Shown here one piece after another: positions 57,105 through 64,000 of a stretch of DNA of 64,000 bases; the stretch's first letter is position 1; every line of letters begins with the position of its first letter. The notes beneath the pieces were generated by a model. The model was not told the origin of the DNA and made no database searches. It saw nothing but the letters and a program-made list of their open reading frames with translations. The stretch is from the NCBI GenBank assembly GCA_017531445.1, contig JAFXKZ010000001.1, positions 223,037 to 287,036 of the forward strand, read 5' to 3'. Source of the DNA: Kiritimatiellia bacterium. Lineage in GTDB: Bacteria > Verrucomicrobiota > Kiritimatiellia > RFP12 > DVOR01. A program made the translations under genes and the position numbers.

Positions 57105-57493
57105 TCGAGCGAGAGATCACCAAAGAGCTTCCACCCATGCAAATCGCGCTCAACACGCAACTGACGATGCGGAAAAACCGAGGGCAATTTGGCGCGCAAA
57201 GTTTCCACCATTTGCCGTTCACATTTCTCCCGAAAGGTGTTCTCTACGGAATTTAAGGTGGAAATACGTAAATCAAGCGTGTAGCCTGCGCCATACTTTG
57301 AGCCGATCCCGGCTGTAAAGTTGGCCACAACAGAGAAGAGACCATCATATTGCGGATTGGCAGTTGCGCCGTTCGCAGGCCGTGCGGGATGCCGTTGAAG
57401 CGACGCTCCATAGTCGCACTCCAGCTGATAGTCAATCGTTTTCAAGATTTCCAGCAGCGTACTTTCAAACGCTTCTACGCGTTCATTGCGCAT
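57101..57493 (-). CDS. hypothetical protein
   Basis: A 130-145-aa ORF overlapping the tsaB stop. No motif was recognised. Confidence 0.35.
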   Translation of the reverse strand: MRNERVEAFESTLLEILKTIDYQLECDYGASLQRHPARPANGATANPQYDGLFSVVANFTAGIGSKYGAGYTLDLRISTLNSVENTFREKCERQMVETLRAKLPSVFPHRQLRVERDLHGWKLFGDLSLD

Positions 57494-58058
57494 TGCCCAC
57501 CCCCACTGCCGGATGCAAATAAATCGGCTTCGGATCATCCGTCAATTGATGTTCAAGTCGCGCAACGGTGCTCTCCAGAATACTTGCAGAGAGCTTTGCC
57601 GTGCGCAATCCAAACGTTGCCAGACGCCCGGCATCGGGAGAAACCATGGAAGGCTCCGGCACAAAGTTTTCACGTCGGCGAAGTTCAAAACCACCTCTTT
57701 GCTCAATCCGTTCCGGTGTTACCTGATAGCGTACGGTCCAAAGTGTGTTCCGGCGCGCATCACCAACGACTGTTACTTCCGGTAAGCCCGATGCAACAGC
57801 CCAAAGTGCCGCAGAGGGGAACCCGCGTGGCTTCAGATTCCACGCAATCCCCAAGCCTTGCAGTGTGGCAATTGTCGCACGGATCCCGGCGAATGAACCC
57901 GGCCCAAGACCAACGGCAAGTGCATCGGGACGCTCGCCTTGCATAAAATCGCGCAGACGTGCCACCCATGTGTCATCACGACCATCCAGCGCAAGTGTGC
58001 GCCCATCGTAAGCAATGAGCGTGACATTTGAAGAACGATCAATTACAAGCTGACGCAT
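57483..58058 (-). CDS. tsaB: tRNA threonylcarbamoyladenosine biosynthesis protein TsaB (YeaZ family)
   Basis: MRQLVIDRSSNVTLIAY resembles the TsaB N-terminus. The signature motif GLGPGSFAGIRATIATLQGL is present. Confidence 0.75.
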   Translation of the reverse strand: MRQLVIDRSSNVTLIAYDGRTLALDGRDDTWVARLRDFMQGERPDALAVGLGPGSFAGIRATIATLQGLGIAWNLKPRGFPSAALWAVASGLPEVTVVGDARRNTLWTVRYQVTPERIEQRGGFELRRRENFVPEPSMVSPDAGRLATFGLRTAKLSASILESTVARLEHQLTDDPKPIYLHPAVGVGNAQ

Positions 58059-59185
58059 CAGAAGAACCTTTTAATGAGGCTGAGAATGCCTTGTTTCCAT
58101 GGTACGCGATGTGTTTTGCCGCTTTTTCCCCGGAATTTCTCCAGATTGGCAACATACCATCTGTAATTCCGCAACAACGCTGCACTGTCTGAAAAGCGTG
58201 GCGTCCAGCCGAGCTGCCGCTGAATCTTCTCAATGCTGACAAAACTGTCTTGGGCGGCAGTCGCGTAGACCCATGCGTAAAGCGGTGAAAGATGCAGTTT
58301 TTCCAATAGTCTCAAGGCGGGAATTACCAACCATCCCGGCGTAGGGCGGATCTTTTTCCCGTGCCCGGCTGCATCCAAGACCGTCTGCCACTCTTCGCGC
58401 ATTGTGGTAAATTCCGCAGCCCCTACGTTGAAAGTATCACGGATGGCGCGTGTTTCCGGATGGGTCAGAGCCAATCCGATGGCATCGCAAAGATCTTCAA
58501 CATCCAGCAGCTGATAGCGGTTTTTTCCACTGCCGATCATTGGGAATCCGTGCCCGGTATAGGCCCAGTCGTAAAGCAGTGCAAAGACGCCCAGCCGCTC
58601 CGGGCCGACAAAACTCTTGGGGCGGAGAATGCAGACGGCGAAGGCTTCCGAATCCAACTTCCGCACAATGCCCTCTGCAATGATCTTGCTTTCCCCATAG
58701 GGGCCGACGCCTTCAAGGCGGTCGGTTTCAATCAGGGGATGATGATCCGGAATCCCATAGACAGCGGTCGATGAAATGTAAATGAACCGGGAAATCTGCG
58801 CATCAACGGCGGCTTCGGCAACAATCCGCGCCCCGTCAATATCGGTGGAACGGATCTCTTCTTCGCTGCAAAGCGGCAATGCGGCCGCACAGTGAACAAC
58901 CGAGCGGCAACCTTTCAGAATCGCTTCTACCGCCGTTTTATCGCGCACATCCCCAATAACGGTCCGGATGAACGGCGAGTCTTTTTCCGGATAATCAAAT
59001 GGCAACAGATCCAGTGAGCGAATCGCTTTTACCCCGCGAGCCAACAGCCAACGGATCAGATTGATCCCCAGAAAGCCGCTCCCTCCGGTAACCAAAACCG
59101 GTTCTGGAATCGGCAACAGGCTGGAAGGCGCAAGCGTATCGGCAGGTGGGTTCATGGAAAACGTCGCAAAAAATCCGGAAGACAT
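58058..59185 (-). CDS. NAD-dependent epimerase/dehydratase family protein (extended SDR)
   Basis: The Rossmann motif is VLVTGGSGFLGINLIRWLL. The catalytic YxxxK reads YGESKIIAE. Confidence 0.75.
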   Translation of the reverse strand: MSSGFFATFSMNPPADTLAPSSLLPIPEPVLVTGGSGFLGINLIRWLLARGVKAIRSLDLLPFDYPEKDSPFIRTVIGDVRDKTAVEAILKGCRSVVHCAAALPLCSEEEIRSTDIDGARIVAEAAVDAQISRFIYISSTAVYGIPDHHPLIETDRLEGVGPYGESKIIAEGIVRKLDSEAFAVCILRPKSFVGPERLGVFALLYDWAYTGHGFPMIGSGKNRYQLLDVEDLCDAIGLALTHPETRAIRDTFNVGAAEFTTMREEWQTVLDAAGHGKKIRPTPGWLVIPALRLLEKLHLSPLYAWVYATAAQDSFVSIEKIQRQLGWTPRFSDSAALLRNYRWYVANLEKFRGKSGKTHRVPWKQGILSLIKRFF

Positions 59186-59195
59186 CTGAAAGTGA

Positions 59196-60596
59196 TTACA
59201 GTGTGCGTTCGTTCAGTGGTGAATAGGGCGCATCGGTGCCTTTGATTGCCTTGAAAGCCGGGCGCACAATCGGACCGCCGTTGACCAATTCTTCCAATCG
59301 GTGCGCACACCAGCCGACCACGCGAGAGATGGCGAAGAGGGGCGTGTACAAATCCACAGGGATGTTCAACATATCGTAGACGAAGCCCGAATAGAAGTCG
59401 ACATTTGCACAGAGCTCTTTCTGCTTCTCGCGACCTTCATTAAAGATGGCCGGTCCCAACCGTTCAATGGCATCGTAGAGGTAGAATTCCTCCATGCGGT
59501 CTTTGCTCTGGGCAAGTTCTTTCGCTTTTTCCTTCAACAGCTGCGCGCGTGGATCGGAAAGGGTGTAGACTGCGTGACCAAGGCCATAGATCAAGCCGGA
59601 GCCGTCGCCCGCCTCTTTGCGCAAAATCTTGCGCAGATAATCGGCGATTGCGCCTTCGTCTGTCCAGTCGGAGAGCGCATCGCGGATTTCATCCATTTGG
59701 TGACAGACGCGCAGATTCGCACCGCCATGACGCGGGCCCTTGAGCGAGAGCGTGGCCGCTGCAATGGCAGAATAGGTGTCTGTCGCGGCGGAAGTGACCA
59801 CGTGTGTGGTGAACGCCGAGTTGTTACCGCCGCCATGCTCGGCGTGCAACACGAGGCACAAATCGAGCAATTCCGCCTCCAATGGCGTATAGGCTGCATC
59901 TTCGCGCATCATCATCAGGAAGTTTTCCGCTGTTGATTTTCCGGGCATCGGATTGCGCACGAAGAGCGATTCGCCGTGATAATAGTGCATCTTTGCCTGA
60001 TACGCATAGGCCGCCATCGCGGAGAAACGTGCGACCAGTTCAATACTCTGGCGCAAAACCGAGGGAATGTTTACCGTATCGGGCGTTTCATCATCGGCAT
60101 AAGCCGCCAAAACAGAACGTGCCAGCGAATTCATGATGTCGCGGCTGGGTTCGCGGATGATTTTCTCAAGCAGAGGATAGGGCAGGGCGCGCTTGGTGTC
60201 TAAGACGTGGCACCATTCTTCCAATTCGCCCTTGGTCGGCAGACGGCCGAAGAGCAGCAGATAAGCCGTTTCCTCAAATCCGGGCCGGGCTTCCTTCTGA
60301 AAACCGTGTACAAGATCCTGAACGTTGATTCCTCTGAAGAATTGTTCGCCCTGCACCGGGACGATTTCATTTTCGTCAACGACATAGCCATGTACGGAGC
60401 CGACACGGGTTAATCCAACCAAAACGCCCGACCCGTCTTCATTGCGCAGTCCGCGCTTGACATTGAATTTACGATACAGCTGCGGGTCAATCCGGGCACA
60501 GGCGCGAGCCATTGTTTCATAACGCGAGAGCAACTCGGCACAGAGTGCCGGGGTGTTCTTGAAGGCCGGTTCATCTTTCTTGTTGCGTGTTACCAT
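59196..60596 (-). CDS. gltA: citrate synthase
   Basis: Catalytic His signature regions are present (GLGHAVYTLSDPRAQ, LVLHAEHGGGNNSAFTTHVV and NVDFYSG). Length is 466 aa. Confidence 0.9.
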   Translation of the reverse strand: MVTRNKKDEPAFKNTPALCAELLSRYETMARACARIDPQLYRKFNVKRGLRNEDGSGVLVGLTRVGSVHGYVVDENEIVPVQGEQFFRGINVQDLVHGFQKEARPGFEETAYLLLFGRLPTKGELEEWCHVLDTKRALPYPLLEKIIREPSRDIMNSLARSVLAAYADDETPDTVNIPSVLRQSIELVARFSAMAAYAYQAKMHYYHGESLFVRNPMPGKSTAENFLMMMREDAAYTPLEAELLDLCLVLHAEHGGGNNSAFTTHVVTSAATDTYSAIAAATLSLKGPRHGGANLRVCHQMDEIRDALSDWTDEGAIADYLRKILRKEAGDGSGLIYGLGHAVYTLSDPRAQLLKEKAKELAQSKDRMEEFYLYDAIERLGPAIFNEGREKQKELCANVDFYSGFVYDMLNIPVDLYTPLFAISRVVGWCAHRLEELVNGGPIVRPAFKAIKGTDAPYSPLNERTL

Positions 60597-60706
60597 CTAA
60601 ATCCTTTCATCACTTCATTTATATTATTGTTATATTGAACGTCTATTCTAGCATATCTGTTACAGAAGGCTCAACTTTTCTTCATAAACATTCCTCCTGT
60701 GCTGTT

Positions 60707-60799
60707 TTGAACATCGGCGAAATGGCACGTGAACATCGCCGACATTGCCGCGGCACTTCGCCGGGATTGAACGTGAACATCGGCGATGTTCAAATAGCG
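60707..60799. repeat. copy of the dispersed repeat family including a 21-nt perfect palindrome TTGAACATCGgCGATGTTCAA
   Basis: Units ttgaacatcggcgaaatg, gtgaacatcgccgacattg, cacttcgccgggattgaacg and gtgaacatcggcgatgttcaaatag. Confidence 0.6.
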
Positions 60800-60999
60800 A
60801 GTGGGCGGGGACTGTTGGAGGCGGTGGCGGAGCGGGGAAGAGGTGTCGCCGAACGGCGAAAAGGTTTCCTGCTTGAAGAGGTGTGCGTTCTCCATTTTCA
60901 TGTTGGAGATTTTTGTTAAAAGTGCCTGTATTTACAATCGGAAACGTGCTAAAGTGATGGCGTTGAACCTTGGAGAAGCCCGAAAGAGGAGATGAAACA

Positions 61000-63900
61000 A
61001 TGCTGAAACAAATAATGCTGATTGCGGCGATGGCGTTGCTTTGTGGCACTTTGCCGGCGAAGACGTTTGATTTGAGTCGCTGCGCCTGGAAGGTGAAGTT
61101 GGAGGATGGTACCGAACACACCATTGCTTTACCCGGGACGCTCGCCGATGCGCAGTTGGGTCCATCGGCTCAAAAAGCTGTTTATGGCGCATTGACCTTG
61201 AAGCACCAATACATCGGTAAAGCGGTCTATACGGCAACGTTCGAGGTCGCTCCGGAGGATGAGGGGCGTTATGAACTTTTTCTGGAACGCGTCCTCTGGA
61301 AAAGTGAAGTCGTCTTCAACGGCCGTCTGATTGGAAGTTGTGATTCACTGGCAACGCCGCATTGTTATCCGGTGTTTTTGCGCGCCGGAACGCAGACGCT
61401 CGCAATTGCGGTAGATAATACGTTGATTCATCCCATCGGTGAAAAGGCGCACAGTTACGGGGATGCGATGCAGACACGCTGGAATGGTCTTCTGGGTGCA
61501 CTGGAATTGCGCCCGTTCAACCCGTTGGAACGCGTCCGCATTGATGCCCCATGTGGAGAGGTGTTTACGGTAAAACTGCCTGAAGCTGCCACAGAATTGG
61601 ATGGCCGGACGTTACGGTTGAAAGTGGAAGAGGCTGCGGTGGAAATCCTGGAGCGTGCGCAGCATCACGTGGTGGTGCGTCTTCCGGGAGCCCGCCCTTG
61701 GTCGCCGGATGCGCCGGTGTTGTATACGCTTACACTGGAGCAGCCCGATGTTTCTGCCGCGAAGCAAGGTGCAGATGCGGTGGCGTTCACGCGTACGTTC
61801 CGTTTTGGTTTCCGGACAGTCGCGCGCGAGGGGAATCGTCTCTTCCTGAATGGCCACCCGCTGTTTGTGCGCGGTAACTTGGACAACTGCCACTTCCCGC
61901 TGACGGGTTATCCGGTGATGACAAAGGCAGAATGGCGCAAAGTGCTTCAAGCTCAAAAGGCTGAAGGAGCCAATCAAATCCGATTCCATACCTGGTGTCC
62001 GCCGCAAGCGGCTTTTGATGCGGCAGATGAACTGGGGCTTTTGCTCTCGCCCGAAGCCGGGATTTGGATTGACGGATGGATGACTAAAGACTTCCCCTAT
62101 TTGCAAGGATTGGGGAAAGGGCCGCAAGAGGTTGACCGCTTTGTGCAGAATGAACTGCGCAGAATCCTTGATGCTTACGGGAATGCGCCCTCCTTTTTCT
62201 CGCTTTCCATTGGTAATGAATTGGGCTCTTCAGACTTTTCTGTGCTGAATCAATGGATGAAAGCCTGCAAAGAATACGACAATCGTCATCTGTATTCCGC
62301 CTCTACTGCGCGGCAAATCACCGCCAGCGACGATTTCATCGTCACCCATGCCTATCCGGGTGTCGGCATGATTCGCGAGCGGTTACAGCCGGGGACGGAT
62401 TGGGATTATGAGCAAGGGTATCGGAAAACGGCGTTGCCGACAATTGCACATGAAATCGGTCAGTGGCCGGTCTATCCGGATTATGATCGGGAAATTCCGA
62501 AATATACAGGCTTGCTGCGTCCGTGGAATCTTGAAATCTTGCGCCAACAGAGTGAAGAAGCCGATGTGATGCGCTTCGTGCCGGACTTCAATCGTGTCTC
62601 GCTGAAGACAAACAGATTGATGTACAAAGCCGAGATTGAAAGCTTTTTGAGAACGCCTTCCTGCGCAGGAATCTCCCTTTTGGGGATTCAGGATTATTCC
62701 GGTCAGGGAGAGGCACTTATCGGTTGGTTGGACAGCTTTTATGATGTGAAGCCGGGCGTGGAAGCAATGGTTCCCCCATCGGTCTTTTTCGCTTCGACGG
62801 TGCCTTTGGCAAGATTTGCCAAAGATACCTGGACGACCGATGAGACGTTGGTTGTAAAACTGGTGCTGCATCATTACGGAGAAAAACCCTTTGAAGGCGT
62901 CTTGCCGTGGGAGTTTGCGGGAAGCAAAGGCGAAGTCGCCTGTTCGGTGGCACCGGGAAGTGTGGCAGAAGTCGCCACCTTGCGTTTGCCGCTTCAAAAG
63001 GTTGCCGCTCCCGCACAACACACGTTGAAATTCGGAGATAACCGCTGGAATCTTTGGGTCTATCCGGCGAAGTTGGAGACAGTTGCGCCGGATTCGGTCG
63101 TCCAGACAGATGATTTCGGCGTCGCCCTTGCCGAGGTAAAGGCAGGGAAACGTGTGCTTTTTGATGCGAGTCATGCCGGGAATCCCGCGGCGGTTTTGCC
63201 GTCTGCGTTCAAGCCGGTTTACTGGAGTACCACGTGGTTCCCCGGGCAACGTGCCTGTGCGTTGGGGCTTTTGATTCAGCAGACTTCGCCTGCGTTCAAA
63301 GCTTTCCCCACGGAAGATTGGCAGGATTGGCAATGGTATCACTTGGTGAATTCGGCAAAGATATTCCGGTTGAAGGGGCTTTCAAAACAGTTTGTTCCAT
63401 TGGTAATGCCGGTGATCGACTTCCATAAGCCGACCTTTGCCGGGATGATTTTTGAAGTTGCGTTGGGGCAAGGCAAACTGCTGGTCTGCGGAGTTGATCT
63501 CTCTTCACCGCGCCCGGAAGCCCGGCAACTTCGCCACTCGTTGGTGGAATATGCCGCATCGGAACAATTTAACCCGCAGGAAAACGTCTCCGAGCAATGG
63601 TTGAAAGCTACGTTGATGCCTCCTGAACGCGAGGTCACGCCACGGCCAGAGCAATTCAAAAATGCCACGGTTTATTTGGAGTGTGCCGCGTTCCGTTCGG
63701 ATGCGACACGTGATGAACCTTGGCGCAAACGGATGGATCGGGCAGAACTTCTCGCCGGGAGTTATGAACTCTCCGGCGAAAACTTGCGCACTTGGGCCGA
63801 TGCAAAAGGAAAGTATTGGGTGGCAGACATCATGACATTGACCTTCAAGAATGTAACCAATATCCGCGGCAAGCTTCTGGTGCGTTTCCGCGATCCGGAC

Positions 63901-64000
63901 AGTGGAGGTCTGCGTACGGCCGAAGGCTCTTTCGATGGTGCACGTTCCTTCAAGGTGCCGGCACACGGCGTCACAGAAGCGAATCCGACAGGGAGTTATT
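61000..64000 (+). CDS. secreted glycoside hydrolase, GH2-like (beta-galactosidase/beta-mannosidase superfamily); C-terminus beyond window
   Basis: An open frame runs from ATG 61000 to the window end (1000 codons, no stop). It has a signal peptide (MLKQIMLIAAMALLCGTLPA). The GH2-type TIM-barrel entry reads NGHPLFVRGNLDNCHFPLTG ... ANQIRFHTW. The acid/base region reads AHEIGQW. An AGAGGAG RBS is present. Confidence 0.65.
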   Translation, partial: MLKQIMLIAAMALLCGTLPAKTFDLSRCAWKVKLEDGTEHTIALPGTLADAQLGPSAQKAVYGALTLKHQYIGKAVYTATFEVAPEDEGRYELFLERVLWKSEVVFNGRLIGSCDSLATPHCYPVFLRAGTQTLAIAVDNTLIHPIGEKAHSYGDAMQTRWNGLLGALELRPFNPLERVRIDAPCGEVFTVKLPEAATELDGRTLRLKVEEAAVEILERAQHHVVVRLPGARPWSPDAPVLYTLTLEQPDVSAAKQGADAVAFTRTFRFGFRTVAREGNRLFLNGHPLFVRGNLDNCHFPLTGYPVMTKAEWRKVLQAQKAEGANQIRFHTWCPPQAAFDAADELGLLLSPEAGIWIDGWMTKDFPYLQGLGKGPQEVDRFVQNELRRILDAYGNAPSFFSLSIGNELGSSDFSVLNQWMKACKEYDNRHLYSASTARQITASDDFIVTHAYPGVGMIRERLQPGTDWDYEQGYRKTALPTIAHEIGQWPVYPDYDREIPKYTGLLRPWNLEILRQQSEEADVMRFVPDFNRVSLKTNRLMYKAEIESFLRTPSCAGISLLGIQDYSGQGEALIGWLDSFYDVKPGVEAMVPPSVFFASTVPLARFAKDTWTTDETLVVKLVLHHYGEKPFEGVLPWEFAGSKGEVACSVAPGSVAEVATLRLPLQKVAAPAQHTLKFGDNRWNLWVYPAKLETVAPDSVVQTDDFGVALAEVKAGKRVLFDASHAGNPAAVLPSAFKPVYWSTTWFPGQRACALGLLIQQTSPAFKAFPTEDWQDWQWYHLVNSAKIFRLKGLSKQFVPLVMPVIDFHKPTFAGMIFEVALGQGKLLVCGVDLSSPRPEARQLRHSLVEYAASEQFNPQENVSEQWLKATLMPPEREVTPRPEQFKNATVYLECAAFRSDATRDEPWRKRMDRAELLAGSYELSGENLRTWADAKGKYWVADIMTLTFKNVTNIRGKLLVRFRDPDSGGLRTAEGSFDGARSFKVPAHGVTEANPTGSY

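Noticed and set aside
1-64000. CRISPR arrays
   Set aside because: No regularly spaced direct repeats of 24-48 nt were found. The repeat family that is present consists of short imperfect palindromes at irregular spacing with no spacer-like unique inserts.
1-64000. Prophage, transposon or integron content
   Set aside because: No integrase, transposase, recombinase or phage structural genes were recognised. tRNA-Ser at 32311-32401 is flanked by ordinary chromosomal genes (recO, glgA and neighbours) rather than an island.

Overview
This window is a high-GC chromosomal segment from a bacterium, probably Gram-negative given the Lnt, Mla, sigma-54, SurA-like lipoprotein and MlaD content. It is densely coding and mostly housekeeping. 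Identifiable genes in order: tadA (partial), a GT4 glycosyltransferase, ackA, a short-form alaS, an L-FucNAc-type nucleotide-sugar cluster (CapE/FnlA, extra cupin, CapF/FnlB, CapG/FnlC epimerase, WcaI/WbuB-like GT4), an orphan family-5 SBP, queC-queF, dapF, rsmE, zupT, a Mla operon (novel Trp/Pro-repeat secreted protein, then mlaE, mlaF, mlaD-like), a SWIM-SNF2 helicase, a TadE-like protein, a metallophosphoesterase, ispD, glgB (eukaryotic-type) and glgA, tRNA-Ser(GGA), recO, a 2-hydroxyacid dehydrogenase, rpoN, a DJ-1 protein, a beta-propeller protein, a SurA-like PPIase lipoprotein, two polytopic membrane proteins (at least one GT-C/PMT_2-like), an Lnt fused to a long TPR domain, hisC-hisB-hisA, a GH18 enzyme with a beta-helix-like tail, serC with an upstream HAD hydrolase, mazG, a permease, tsaB, an SDR epimerase, citrate synthase and a partial GH2-like hydrolase. 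Non-coding highlights are a dispersed family of composite palindromic repeats (REP/MITE-like; core motifs CATCGGCGA/TCGCCGATG and GATGGGCGA) at six or more intergenic loci, several intrinsic terminators, and a small promoter-to-terminator unit that may be an sRNA. No CRISPR array, integrase or transposase was seen. The most unusual candidates are the GT-C plus Lnt-TPR module, the WP-repeat Mla partner, the alaS lacking a C-Ala domain, and the repeat family.
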